Of a DNA stretch of 64,000 nucleotides, positions 21,201 to 31,000 are shown one piece after another (the first letter of the stretch is position 1; the number at the start of each line of letters is the position of its first letter). A program made the translations under genes and the position numbers. The notes beneath the pieces were generated by a model. That model was not told where the DNA came from and ran no database searches. It was given only the letters and a program-made list of their open reading frames with translations. Source of the DNA: Planctomycetota bacterium (GTDB taxonomy: Bacteria > Planctomycetota > B15-G4 > SIAN01); assembly GCA_016795285.1 (NCBI GenBank), contig JAEUIC010000019.1, positions 10,442 through 74,441 of the forward strand, given 5' to 3'.

Positions 21201-23300
21201 CTCGAGCGCCCGGCGGCCGCGCGCGCGCTGCTCCAGCTGCTGCGCAGCGGCGGCGGCGAGAAGCCGCTGGTGCTGATCGATCCCGGCACCGAGAACAACC
21301 GCTACGGCAGCTCGCTGCTGCCCGATTTCCTGAACGCGCACGCGCTGCCGTTCCTCACGCTCGGCGAGCTGATCGCGGCGCAGCAGGGTGTCGCGGCGGC
21401 AGCGCCCGCTCCGGGGCGGCCGTGGGACGACCTCGTGCTGAACGGCGACGGGCCGGCCCGCCAGCAGCGCTTCATGGACGCGCAGGCAAAGCGCGCCGCC
21501 GCGCAGCCGGCCCCCACCACGCGCGAGCAGCTCGAGGCGTGGCAGCCGGGCCAGGCCACCGCGATCCGCTCGGCGCTCGGCCTCGAACCGCTCCCGCCGC
21601 GCACGCCGTTGAAAGCGCGCGTCACCGGCGTGCTGCAGCGCGACGGCTACCGCATCGAGAAGCTCCTCTACGAGAGCCGCCCCGGCTTCCCGGTCACTGC
21701 GCACCTCTACGTCCCGGCCGGTCCGGGCCCGTTCCCCGTGATCGTCAACCCGCACGGCCACTGGTCGCGGAAGAAGCTCGAGCCGGTCGTGCAGCAGCGC
21801 CTCGTCCAGCAGGTGCGTCGCGGCTACCTCGCGCTGATCGTCGACTCGCCCGGCCACAGCTTCGAGGGCGACGCGCGCATCGAGCGGCGCGAGCTCGGCA
21901 GCCACTTCGACTTCCGGAACCAGCTCGGCAGCTGCTGTGCCGGCGCGGTCTACGTCTGGGACCTCATGCGCGGCCTCGACTACCTCGAGACGCGCGCCGA
22001 GGCCGACATGAGCCGCGTCGGCATCACCGGCGCTTCGGGCGGCGGCCACGCCACGCTCTGGACCTTCGCCGCCGACCCGCGCATCGACGCCGCCGTCCCC
22101 GTGGTCTTCGCGACCAGCCTCGAGATCGAGCCGCACAACGGCTGCCCGTGCAACCACGTCCCCGGCACGCTGCGCCTCGGCGATCGCGCCGACGTGCTCG
22201 CCGCGCGAGCGCCGGCGCCGGTGCTGCTGATCGGCGCGCGCGACGATCGCGAGTTCCCGCCGGCCGGCACCGAGCTCTCCGGCAAGAAGCTCGCGGAGCG
22301 CTGGGCGCTGCTCGGCGTGGCCGAGGCGGTCGACGCGCGCGTCTTCGACGGGCCGCACGACTACAACCTCGCGATGGTCGGCCACATGCTCGGCTTCTTC
22401 GACCGCTGGCTGAAGGGCGAGGGCGACGGCGCACCGCTCACGCTGACCGAGCTGCCGACCGAGCCGCCCGCCGCCGACGAGCCCTTCGTGCTGCAGGAGC
22501 CGATCGCCGGTGCGCGCACCATGCGCGACCTCGCCGTCGAGCGGCTCACCGCGGCGACGCAGCAGCCGCGCGTGCGCGACCCGCAGGCGTGGCTCGCCGC
22601 GAACGGCGGAGTCGCGATCGGCGCGCCGACGCGCGTCGCAGCGCGCGACGAAGCGGGCCGGCCGATCGCCTTCCCGACCACGCCCGAGCAGGCGCTCGCG
22701 CTGGCGGGCCGCTCGCTGGTGGTGACCTTCGAAGCCGAAGCGGGCCTGCCGATCCCGGCGCGCCTCTGGTTGCCCGCGCGTGCGCTGCGCGGCGCGGTCG
22801 TGCTGGTCGGCGACGACGGCAAGGCGAACGCGGCGGCGCGCTGCACGGTCGACAAGCTGCTGCTCGGCGGCTTCGCGTGCTTCGCCGTCGATCCGCGCGG
22901 CTTCGGGGAGCTCGACGGCATCGACCTGCGGCTGCTGCTCTACCGCAACAGCGCGCCCGCGGTCGCCGCCGCCACCGACCTCGCGGCCGCCGTCGCGCTG
23001 CTGGCGCCGCTCACCGCGCGCGTCGCGATCGTCGGCGACGGACCGGCCGGCTCGCTCGCGGCGCTCGCATGCGCGCATGCGCGCCCCGACCTCGCGGCGG
23101 TGATCGGCCGCGGCGGCCTGCGCGACTTCGCCGACGCCTTCGACGAGGCGGTGCCGTTGCTGGCGCTGCAACCGCAGGCCGACCTGCAGCCACCGCTCGC
23201 GGTCCTGCGCGACGCGCTGCCGATGGCGCACCACTTCACCTTCCGCGGCGAGCCGGGCGCCGACCTCTACGCGCTGCTGTTGCGGCTGCTCGAGCTGTGA
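18261..23300 (+). CDS. Very large (1679 aa) secreted multidomain hydrolase: N-terminal TIM-barrel/GH-like region plus two alpha/beta-hydrolase (esterase/S9-like) modules
   Basis: GTG start with GGAGGG 8 nt upstream. Signal peptide MLAATARIALRSIATGIAIAWLAAAA. Normal amino-acid composition along the whole length, whereas the antisense ORF 18087..23234 is R-rich junk. GxSxG nucleophile context VGITGASGGGHATLW with downstream D and H candidates. A second alpha/beta-like module lies at the C-terminus. Exact family not assignable by eye. Confidence 0.65.
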   Translation: MLAATARIALRSIATGIAIAWLAAAAPPEARGTSRSLPAGDDPLAFGRARLAAAGLDPARVTTTIDPALGREAFTLRSGEGGARVTGGDPTGAMYGLLELAERLQRDGARATTSLRFDAAPFLAQRGLNVFLTLPFDVERSTTDYDPAALADPQRWWFHDESYWTTLLDQMAEARLNWLDLHGMWDIHSTGAPNLYAYFVDSAAHPEVGLPADLKAINLARLNWVIERAHARGVRVSVMSYEARLATPHRRDPPYGNDEATAYAYTRAVVEALIRGAPALDAIGFRIGESGRGGDFFRCYVEAVAASGRAIPLITRSWVTRKEQVVPLARASADFTVEIKYDGEQWAAPYPFAGGRVANWHSYSYEDYLSDSATHDAQAGAGAPAPARLWPGHALPDGGRWPDQPYQIAWQVRANGTHRLFPFHEPQWVRRSIEPMRIGTTCGYTVEPLNAYFPASPRYYLADRSAPPCDWIHQRDELFLLEWGRLGYDPTTPDALFTQKLRERFGAAAEPLDVAWRAASRVVPLALLAHAYGPDHRDHAPELEWGGPTRDWIEGEGLDTHAFLPIREEIALRTTGGSDGRISALRVAAELDALAATLAAERPRLAAATVADPAGAARLVELRHVLAQQESLARYHAGRQRSAWWSALANAAPATPSARERAAAAMESALAAWRELADSPSGRWYAPFTDRLRMHTHAFHWRDELPKVEREAQALRALVPAAAKLARAPQPDPELAEFAPPTDVALSFAAADDEVVARLSARGLDRAWLLHKPLPSSTFFHRIAMSKEGASFVARLPRLSCGHLLAAEVAIGERSYRLPDALSATPWLVVPSRAGATPLWFSSATALDHLDPAQIDPARHGLLVVAPRAWSFFRDYDPTTQRKLLDAVARGSTLLILQQDYSSGRYPLGWMPNAPRVENARLDTFDPGEALRLDVVAAPDIVLQRFVATPGWELFGNGAVARSRHGKGEVWMVQARLIQHLERPAAARALLQLLRSGGGEKPLVLIDPGTENNRYGSSLLPDFLNAHALPFLTLGELIAAQQGVAAAAPAPGRPWDDLVLNGDGPARQQRFMDAQAKRAAAQPAPTTREQLEAWQPGQATAIRSALGLEPLPPRTPLKARVTGVLQRDGYRIEKLLYESRPGFPVTAHLYVPAGPGPFPVIVNPHGHWSRKKLEPVVQQRLVQQVRRGYLALIVDSPGHSFEGDARIERRELGSHFDFRNQLGSCCAGAVYVWDLMRGLDYLETRAEADMSRVGITGASGGGHATLWTFAADPRIDAAVPVVFATSLEIEPHNGCPCNHVPGTLRLGDRADVLAARAPAPVLLIGARDDREFPPAGTELSGKKLAERWALLGVAEAVDARVFDGPHDYNLAMVGHMLGFFDRWLKGEGDGAPLTLTELPTEPPAADEPFVLQEPIAGARTMRDLAVERLTAATQQPRVRDPQAWLAANGGVAIGAPTRVAARDEAGRPIAFPTTPEQALALAGRSLVVTFEAEAGLPIPARLWLPARALRGAVVLVGDDGKANAAARCTVDKLLLGGFACFAVDPRGFGELDGIDLRLLLYRNSAPAVAAATDLAAAVALLAPLTARVAIVGDGPAGSLAALACAHARPDLAAVIGRGGLRDFADAFDEAVPLLALQPQADLQPPLAVLRDALPMAHHFTFRGEPGADLYALLLRLLEL

Positions 23301-23337
23301 CCGAGCACCGCACGCCGCGTCACCGCGCGCCGCCCCT

Positions 23338-23850
23338 TCAGCTCCGCTTCTCCAGACGCTGCAGCGACGCGACCCCGAGCGGCTCGGCGAGGATGAACTC
23401 GCTCCACTCGCCGTGGTCGAGCGAGGCGGGCGGGAAGGGGCCCTCCCCTTCGAGCTCGAGGTAACAGGTGATGCTGCTGCCGAGGTGGAGGATGAGCGCG
23501 CCGCCGCGGGGCGGCTCGCCGCGCTCGATCAGCCCGCAGTAGACGCGATCTTCGACGCGCTCGGGCGGCAGTTGCGGCCCCTCGCTCGCCGGGTGGAGGC
23601 GGCAGGAGTAGTGGCCCGGCGCGTCGGCTTGCCGCGACGCCTCGGCGACCCCCGCCAGCACCAGCAGGACCTCGTCGGCCAACGCGAGCGGCGGCGCGTC
23701 GGCGGGCAGCACGATCGGCAGATCGCACCAGCTCCACCAGCGATCGGCGCGGTAGTCGGCGTGGCGGAGCCGGACGATCGCGATGCGGCGGCCCGCGCCG
23801 TCGGTCGAGAGCTGCCGGATGGCGCCGCGCGCCCCATCGCTCGCACGCAT
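23338..23850 (-). CDS. Hypothetical protein
   Basis: Internal ATG (M63 of ORF 23338..24036) chosen because the longer ORF would overlap the tRNA-Gln gene. Plausible composition (MRASDGARGAIRQLSTDG...WWSWCDLPIVLP...) but no recognisable family. Confidence 0.35.
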   Translation of the reverse strand: MRASDGARGAIRQLSTDGAGRRIAIVRLRHADYRADRWWSWCDLPIVLPADAPPLALADEVLLVLAGVAEASRQADAPGHYSCRLHPASEGPQLPPERVEDRVYCGLIERGEPPRGGALILHLGSSITCYLELEGEGPFPPASLDHGEWSEFILAEPLGVASLQRLEKRS

Positions 23851-23960
23851 CGGGAACTCCTCACGCAGCCGGCGCGCATGCGCCCGCCGTTCGCCGCGCA
23901 CGCTGCGTCGCGCCAACGAAAACGGCCGCCGGAGGGGTCTCCGACGGCCGAGATTGCGCG

Positions 23961-24035
23961 TGGCTGCCCGACTAGGACTCGAACCTAGACTTACGGAGTC
24001 AGAGTCCGCTGTCCTACCAATTAGACGATCGGGCA
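23961..24035 (-). tRNA. tRNA-Gln (anticodon CUG)
   Basis: Reverse complement reads UGCCCGAUCGUCUAAUUGGUAGGACAGCGGACUCUGACUCCGUAAGUCUAGGUUCGAGUCCUAGUCGGGCAGCCA. 7-bp acceptor stem, D-loop AAUUGGUAG, anticodon stem GCGGA/UCCGU with loop CU-CUG-AC, T-loop GGUUCGAGUCC, encoded CCA. Confidence 0.85.
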
Positions 24036-24219
24036 ATTCACGAACGAGGACTCGAACGTGGTCGCGAGCTCCGGCAGCGTCGCGCGGACCGCTGCACGGT
24101 TGCCGTCCAGATCGGCCAGCAGCGCTGTCTGACTCCAGCGCTCGGTCCCGGTCCGAAACGGGCGCGGGAGCATAACGGCGTCGCCGGCGGGCGACAACGG
24201 CCCGCGCCGAGGGCTCGAT

Positions 24220-25488
24220 TTACGTGCCGCCGGCCGTCGCTCCCGCGGGCGCGCGCCAGCTCCCGGCCCCCGCGAAGCTCCCCTCCGAGCCGTCGACCTC
24301 GATCCGTTGGCCGGTGAGCGGGCTCGCGTAGACGAAGCGGTCGCCGTGGCGCTCGCGGAGGTAGGGGCCGTCCGCCTGCACCTTCCCGCCGCCGCCCGGC
24401 AGGTCGACCGTGAGGCGCGGGATCGCGAGCCCGCTCACCTTGCCTTGCAGCGAGGCGATCAGCTCGAGCCCGCGCGCGAGGCCGACGCGCAGGTGGCGAA
24501 CGCCGGCGACCGGATCGCACTGGTGGAGGTAGTAGGCGCGCAGCCCCGCCCGCAGCAGCGCGCGCGACAGCGCCAGCAGGTCGTCGGCCGTGTCGTTGAC
24601 GCCGCGCAGCAGCACGCCCTGGTTGCTGACCACGACGCCCGCCGCCGCGAGCCGGCGCACCGCCGCCGCCGCTTCGGCGGTCACCTCGCGCGCGTGGTTG
24701 AAGTGGGTGTTGAGCCAGAGCGGCGCCGCCGGCGCGAGCGCGGCCAGCAGCTCGTCGTCGATCCGCATCGGCAGCGTCACCGGCACCCGGCTGCCGAGCC
24801 GCAGCAGGTCGAGATCGCACCGCTCGCGCAGCGCGCGCACCACCTTGCCGACGTAGCTCGGCGGGAGGTTCAGCGGATCGCCGCCGGAGAGCAGCACGTC
24901 GCGGATCGCGGGACGCGCGGCGATGGCGGCGACGCCGGCGTCGAGCTCCGCGTCGGAGAGGCGCGTGAAGCCCCCCTCCCACTCGCGCCGCCGCATGCAG
25001 TGGCGGCAGAGCGTGCTGCAGAAGTTGGTGAGCAGGAAGAGCGCGCGATCGGGGTAGCGGTTCACCACCCCCTTCGCGATCTCGAGTTCCTCTTCGCGGA
25101 AGGGATCGGGCTGCCCGCTTGCCTGCGCGTCGCTCTGCTGCTCGGCCGGGTCGGGCAGCACCTGCGGCAGGATCGGATCGCGCGGATCGTCGGGGCGCGC
25201 GAGCGCGAGGTAGCACGGCGTGACCGAGACCTCGCTCGCCGCGCCCGCCTTCTCGAGCGCCGCGCGCATCGCCGGCGCGACCGGGAAGTCGGCGCCGAGC
25301 AGCTCGAGCAACGCGGCGACGCTGGTCACGCGATGGGCGAGCTGCCAGCGCCAGTCGTGCCACTCGCCCGACGCGACCGCGCCACCCCACGCGCGCTGCG
25401 CGAAGGGCGGCAGCGGGAGGGTCGAGGGGAGCGAAGCGAGTCGCGGTGGCGAGCGCGGCGACGAGGGGAGCGAAGGGTGGGCGTCCAT
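24220..25488 (-). CDS. KamA-family radical SAM protein (lysine 2,3-aminomutase / EpmB-like)
   Basis: CSTLCRHCMRR is the CxxxCxxC cluster motif in KamA context (...ALFLLTNFCSTLCRHCMRRRE...SGGDPL...). Start taken at MDAHPSL; an upstream in-frame ATG lies at 25557. Confidence 0.8.
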   Translation of the reverse strand: MDAHPSLPSSPRSPPRLASLPSTLPLPPFAQRAWGGAVASGEWHDWRWQLAHRVTSVAALLELLGADFPVAPAMRAALEKAGAASEVSVTPCYLALARPDDPRDPILPQVLPDPAEQQSDAQASGQPDPFREEELEIAKGVVNRYPDRALFLLTNFCSTLCRHCMRRREWEGGFTRLSDAELDAGVAAIAARPAIRDVLLSGGDPLNLPPSYVGKVVRALRERCDLDLLRLGSRVPVTLPMRIDDELLAALAPAAPLWLNTHFNHAREVTAEAAAAVRRLAAAGVVVSNQGVLLRGVNDTADDLLALSRALLRAGLRAYYLHQCDPVAGVRHLRVGLARGLELIASLQGKVSGLAIPRLTVDLPGGGGKVQADGPYLRERHGDRFVYASPLTGQRIEVDGSEGSFAGAGSWRAPAGATAGGT

Positions 25489-25573
25489 GAGCGGGGCGCA
25501 TCGTAGGGAACGAAGTGCTGGCGGCGCAGTCGCCGCTCGCCGCTCGCCGTTCGCCACCGGCTCCCGGCGGTCG

Positions 25574-27496
25574 CTACTTGCCCACGCCGCCGTCCATCGG
25601 GAGGTAGAGCGAGAACTTCACCCACTCCTCGCCGCGGCGCGCGACGAAGGCGAGCCGCCCGTGGTTGCGCGCGCCGAACGCCTGCATCACCTGCGCCACG
25701 CTCGAGGTCAGCGCGCCGGCGTCGGCGGCGATCAGCACATCGCCCGCGAGCGGAGTCGAGAGGTTGAGCTTGGCGAGTTCCGCTTGGATCTGCGGTCCCT
25801 CGTTCATGTCGATTGGACAACCGGGATAGACCACCGACAGGTCGGGGAACGCCGTCGTGAGCGCCGCCGTCGAGCGCGCCGACGGCGCGAAGACGAACTT
25901 GGATCCCCAGTAGAGGAAGAGCGGTGCCCCGGGGCGCGCGGCCGCACGCGCCGCCGCCACGAGATCGACCAGCGCGTCGGGAGTCGCGGCGCGAACGCCG
26001 TCGACGGACGCGCCGAAGGCATCGCGCGTCGGCGGTCGCACCAGGACCTCGATTCGCGAGCCCTTCGCAGGCGGTGCATCGCTTGAGATCTCGATTGGCT
26101 GAGGCACCGCGAAGCCGCGCCCATCGTCCGGCAGCGAGAACCGGATCGGCGCCGCGATCTTGCTGTCGGCCCCCACCACCACCAGCAACGCCACGCCGCC
26201 GCGCGCGATCGCGATCCCGCCGGCCGGCACGCTCGGCAGCTCGATGCCGCTCGCCGTGATCGCGGCGATCAACGCCCGTTCGCCGGCGACCGCGTCCGTC
26301 GCCGCAGTCGCGGCTGCGCCCGTCTCGCTCGTCGCCGCTCCCCCGCCGCTCGACTGCGTCGAGCTCGCCGCACCGCACGCGACGATGGCGAGCAGCAGCG
26401 CGCCCGCCACCGCTCGCGTGAGGCGATCGGTGCGACGCGGCGCTTGCGACGGCGACGCCGCGCGCTCAGCGGGCGTCCGCAGCAGCCGCTCGATCCGCTC
26501 GTGCAACCGCTGCGCGGAGTTCGACAGGGCGACGGCCGGTCGCGGCGCGCGGCGATCGACGGCGTGGGCGGCGACTTCGATCAGGCTCTTCGCGTAGTCC
26601 ATGGCCGGGATGGCTCCTTCGAGGAGGACCGCTTCGTCGACGGCGAGCTCGCGTTCGCGCGCCAGTCGCGCGGCCGCGTGCCAGACGCAGGGATGGAACC
26701 AGAGCAGCGTGCGCGCGAGCGTGGCGAACGCCGCCGTCCACGGATCGCGCCGCCGCAGGTGGAGCAGTTCGTGGACGAGGATGGGCGCGAGGTCGCGCCT
26801 CTCGACGCTCAGCGACTCGACGGGCAGCGCCTCGTGCGGCGCGTCCTGCGGCGCGGCGGGACGCGCGGTGCGCGGCTCGACAAGGCTCGCCGGCAGAAGG
26901 AGGAGCGGCCGAAGGACGCCGATCACGCCCGGCGAGGCGATCGCGTCGACCAGCCGCAGCTGTGGCGGCGTGACGCGCAGTTGCCGCGCCAGCGCTTCGA
27001 CCTGCTGCAGGAGCGCCACTGGGGCGAGTCGACCGCGCCGCGCCAACGCCCGTCGCCGCCACGCACGCCGCGCTTCGACGCCGGCCCACAGCAGCGCCCC
27101 GAGCAGTGCGATCCACCCCGCGAGCGGCGCCGCCGCGGCAATCGTCCGCTCCCACGGCGCGTTCGGCGGTTCACCGCGGTGCAGCGCCGCATCGTGCGCC
27201 GCCTCGTGCGCCAGAGCGGTGGCGTCGTCACGCGATTCGTCCCCACCGTGCGCAGCGCCCCCGAGCGCCACCATCCACCGCGCACGCCACGACTCCGCTT
27301 CGCCGCCGCCGCGCGCAGCGACCCAGCCGACGACGGTCCGCCCGCAGGCCGCGATCGGTGGCACGAACGGCACCAGCAGCACGCCGAGCCAGAGCGCGTG
27401 GCGCAGCGTCGCGCTCCTCTTGCGCAGGAGCCACGCCAGCGCCGTCGCCACCGCCCATGCCGCCGCGACCCGCACGCAGAGATCGAGCGCGCTCAT
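25574..27496 (-). CDS. BlaR1-like M56-family membrane metalloprotease signal transducer with uncharacterised C-terminal sensor domain
   Basis: N-terminal TM helices. Zinc motif HELLHLRRRDPW in M56 context. The C-terminal ~300 aa are not a penicillin-binding (SxxK) domain. Its start overlaps the stop of the upstream repressor by 4 nt. Confidence 0.75.
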   Translation of the reverse strand: MSALDLCVRVAAAWAVATALAWLLRKRSATLRHALWLGVLLVPFVPPIAACGRTVVGWVAARGGGEAESWRARWMVALGGAAHGGDESRDDATALAHEAAHDAALHRGEPPNAPWERTIAAAAPLAGWIALLGALLWAGVEARRAWRRRALARRGRLAPVALLQQVEALARQLRVTPPQLRLVDAIASPGVIGVLRPLLLLPASLVEPRTARPAAPQDAPHEALPVESLSVERRDLAPILVHELLHLRRRDPWTAAFATLARTLLWFHPCVWHAAARLARERELAVDEAVLLEGAIPAMDYAKSLIEVAAHAVDRRAPRPAVALSNSAQRLHERIERLLRTPAERAASPSQAPRRTDRLTRAVAGALLLAIVACGAASSTQSSGGGAATSETGAAATAATDAVAGERALIAAITASGIELPSVPAGGIAIARGGVALLVVVGADSKIAAPIRFSLPDDGRGFAVPQPIEISSDAPPAKGSRIEVLVRPPTRDAFGASVDGVRAATPDALVDLVAAARAAARPGAPLFLYWGSKFVFAPSARSTAALTTAFPDLSVVYPGCPIDMNEGPQIQAELAKLNLSTPLAGDVLIAADAGALTSSVAQVMQAFGARNHGRLAFVARRGEEWVKFSLYLPMDGGVGK

Positions 27497-27873
27497 GGTT
27501 GGCCGCCCCGCTCGAGCAGCGCGCGCAGCTTCGCGACGTCGGCCGCCGAGAGACCGCGCGCGTCGGCGATGTAGCCGACCAGCGGCTCGAGCGAGTCGTC
27601 GAGCACGCGATCGAGGAAGGCGCTGATCGCTCGCGGCGCCAGCTCGTCACGTCGCTTCGCGGCGACGTAGCGGCGCACGCCCGACGCATCGCTCGACCGG
27701 AGCAGCCCCTTGGTCTCCATCCGCTCCAGCAGCGTCTTCACCGTCGTGCGCGCCCAGCCAGTCGCCTTCGCGACCTCGGCGTGGACCTCCCGCACCGTGC
27801 CGCCGCGCAATTGCCACAGCGCGCGCAACAACGTCCATTCGGTGGGACCGAGATCGGGCGGTTTCGGGGCCAT
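27493..27873 (-). CDS. BlaI/MecI/CopY-family winged-helix transcriptional repressor
   Basis: MAPKPPDLGPTEWTLLRALWQLRGGTVREVHAEVAKATGWARTTVKTLLERMETKGLL is a penicillinase-repressor-family fold. ATG at 27873. The longer ORF to 28269 is R-rich and unsupported. Confidence 0.85.
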   Translation of the reverse strand: MAPKPPDLGPTEWTLLRALWQLRGGTVREVHAEVAKATGWARTTVKTLLERMETKGLLRSSDASGVRRYVAAKRRDELAPRAISAFLDRVLDDSLEPLVGYIADARGLSAADVAKLRALLERGGQP

Positions 27874-28064
27874 CGGAAGCTCCGGCGAGGTCGAAGCGGC
27901 GGCGCGCCGAACGCGCGCGAGTCGCGCGATGGGCGCGCCGCTCGCGACACTTTGGCGACAGTTGTAGCCACACCAACGGCGCCGGCAACGGTCGGTTCGC
28001 GGCGGCGCTATCGTCCCGCTCTCTTCCGGAGCCGCGTCTCGCCCCGCCTCACCCGGAGCCGCCC

Positions 28065-31000
28065 ATGCCGCGTCGTTCGCTCGCGCTCGCCATCCCCGCA
28101 CTGCTGCTGCTCGCGCTCGGATTCGCTCTGTGGCGCACGGTCGCCAGCGATGGTCCGAGCGTCGTCGCTCCGGCGACTCCGCCGCCCGTCCCGCTTCCGC
28201 ACGATGCGGAGCGCGCGGCCGTCGGCGCCGCGGCCGACGCCGCGATCGTCCCGGAGCGGGCGCTCGCAACGCCGACCAGCGATCTGCCGACGGTCGAGGT
28301 CGTGCCCGGCCGAGCGCTCCTCCTCGGCTTCATCGCCGATCGCGCCGGCGTGGTCGTCGACACGTCGACCCTCTGGTTCGGCGAGCCTGGCGGCCGGGCC
28401 GATCGCACGCCGGCAACTCGCAGCGCGATCGAAGGCGGCGAGTACGCGCTGCCCTCGCTGCCGGCCGCCATCGTGCCGTTCCGGATCGAGGCCGAGGGGT
28501 TCGCGACGCTCGAGCTCGCGCTCGATCTGCGCGCCGGCGGGGTGCTGCGGCACGACTTCCTGCTCGATCGCCCCGCCTCGCTGACGATCCAACTGGTCCG
28601 CCCGGATGGATCCCCATGGTCGCTCTTCCACGTCCCATCCCCCACGGGCGGGGTTGCTGCGGACGAAGAGGCGCGGCGAGTCGCCTGGTTCGCGAGCGGC
28701 GCCGGCGTCATTGCGACCGAGGCGCTGCCGCCGGCGCGCTACCCGCCGACGTCGGGAAGCCGTGCCGAGCGGCATGGCCTCGGCGAGTTCCGGCGCGCCG
28801 ACGAGCAGGCGCCCCGCGGCGACAAGGTGGCCGCGATCCCGAGCCGCGCCTTCGGCGCCCTCGAGACGCCGCGGCTGCCGGTCGAGGTGAGCCTCCTCTT
28901 CATGCACGAGGTGGTCGCGACGCAGCGGGTGACCAGCGCCGAGGCGCCGGTGCGCTTCGTGATCGATCCGACGCAGCTCGCCCGCCTCTTTGGCGAAGTC
29001 CGCGGACGGGTGATCGACGCGCCGACGGGAGAGCCGCTCTCCGGCGCGGCCGTGATGCTCAACGACTCGCAGAGCTTCCGCCAGGGCGGGAACAGCGGAG
29101 CGGATGGCCGCTTCACGCTCCCGTTCGAGAAACCTGGTTGGAAGACGGCGCAGGTCGAGATGCCCGGTCGCGCACGCTGGCAGCGTTCGGTGCTGGTCGA
29201 AGCGGGCGTCGTGACCGACCTCGGCGACCTCGCCATCGACGTCGGCCTCACGTTGCGCGGCACGCTCGTCGACGATGCCGGGCGGCCGCTCGGCGCGCGC
29301 CTGCATGCGTGGCCGCTCGACGGCCACACGCTCGGCGCCCCGTTCGGCGCGCATCACTACTGGGGCGTCGAAGAGCCGGGCAAGTTCGAGATCTCCGGTC
29401 TCGGCAAGGGGCGCTACGTGATCGGCGCCCAAGGCGACGAAGAACCGACGTTGCAGGCGCGCGCGATCGTCGATCTGACGTCGGGCAGCCCGCCGTCGCT
29501 ACCGCTGGTGATGATGGCGGCGACGCTGGTCGAGTTCGAACCCGGGCTCGCGCCGGGACGCTTCGTCGTCTCCTCGCTGCAGCGCAGCGACGGTGTCCTC
29601 GAGCTGGCATCGCTGTCGCGCACCGACCACCGGTTCCAAGCGCGCCTGCTGCCCGGATCGTGGTGCTGGACGCTCCACGAGGAGGGGCGCGAGCTGCGGC
29701 GCGTCACCTTCCAGGTCGGGAGCAAGCCGCTGCGGATCTCCATCGCCGAAGGGGCTGCCGAAGCGACCATCGCAGAGGTCGACGCGAGCGGGACCGCGAA
29801 CCGCGCGAGCTCTGGCAGCGAGACCGACTTGCCGACGCTGTTGCCGGCCGCCTTCCCCGGACTCGTGCGCGGGATCTTGCTGGTCGGCCGCGTGCAGGAC
29901 GGCGCCGGCGCTCCCGTCGCGGGCGCCAACATCACCGCGACGCCGCTCGACGGGTCGGCGCGCTACGGACGATCGCAAGCTGACGGGACGTTCGCGATCG
30001 CCGGGCTCGCCGCGGACCGCTTCGATCTCCGGGCGCGCGCCACCGGCTGCGTGCCGGCCCTCGCGAAGGTCGATCTCGCCGCCAATCGGGAGCCGCCGGC
30101 CGTCGTGCTGACGCTCGAACGCGCGACGGTGGTCGAGGTCCACCTCGAGGACGAGACCGGCGCGCCGCTCAGCCGCGCGTTCGCCCAACGATTCCCCCAC
30201 TCGCAGCTCGCGCAGGAGGTGCGCGTGATCGCGACCCTCGATGCGCCGGGAGCGACGGTCTCCCGCTCGACGCGCGGCGTCGGACAGTGGCGGCCGAACT
30301 GGCAGGGCGGCCCCGGGACGCTCGAGCTGAGCGTGCCGCCGCCCCTCTTCGTCAGCGCGCTCCATGCGGGTCGCGCGCTGGCGAGCGCCGAGCTCGCCGA
30401 GGGCGAGGCGTCGATCCACCTCCACGTACCGGTCGCCGAACTCGACGCCGCGCGCGCGACGCTGCGCTTCCGCCTGGTCGACGCCGACAGCGGCGCCGTC
30501 GTGATGCGCGCGTTCGCCGGATTGACCGGACTGAACGGCTCGACGCACGGCGATGCGGTCGACCTGCCCGCGGCGAGCGGCGGCGTGATCACGCTGGCTG
30601 ACCAGCAAGCGGGGCGGCGCAACCTCTCGATCGCGCTCGACGGTCAGGTCTTCTTCAACCTCATCGTCGAACTGCCGCCTGGCGAGACCGTCGACCTCGG
30701 CGATCTTCTGGTGCGTTCGCCGACGGCGCTGCGCGGCACTCTCGTCGACGAGCGGGGGGCGCCGCTCGCCGGCGCGCTGCGCCTCGTCCATCTCGGCCTC
30801 GACGGGCAGCCGACGTTGGAGGGCACCTTCCACCAAGTGGAGGCCGATGCCGACGGCCGGTTCGAGTTCTCCACCGCGCTCCCGCGCGTGCGGCTGCAGC
30901 CGTCCACCGGCGAGTACGCGCTCGACCCGACGATCATCGACGTCGCGGCGGCGGAGGCGGCGGGCGGCGAGTTGCAGGTCGTCCTCCGGAGCGGGGTCGC

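Noticed and set aside
18087-23234. 1715-aa minus-strand ORF opposite the giant hydrolase
   Set aside because: R-rich low-complexity translation (MVRHRQRVAQDRERW...). The plus-strand frame has a signal peptide, a GxSxG site and balanced composition.
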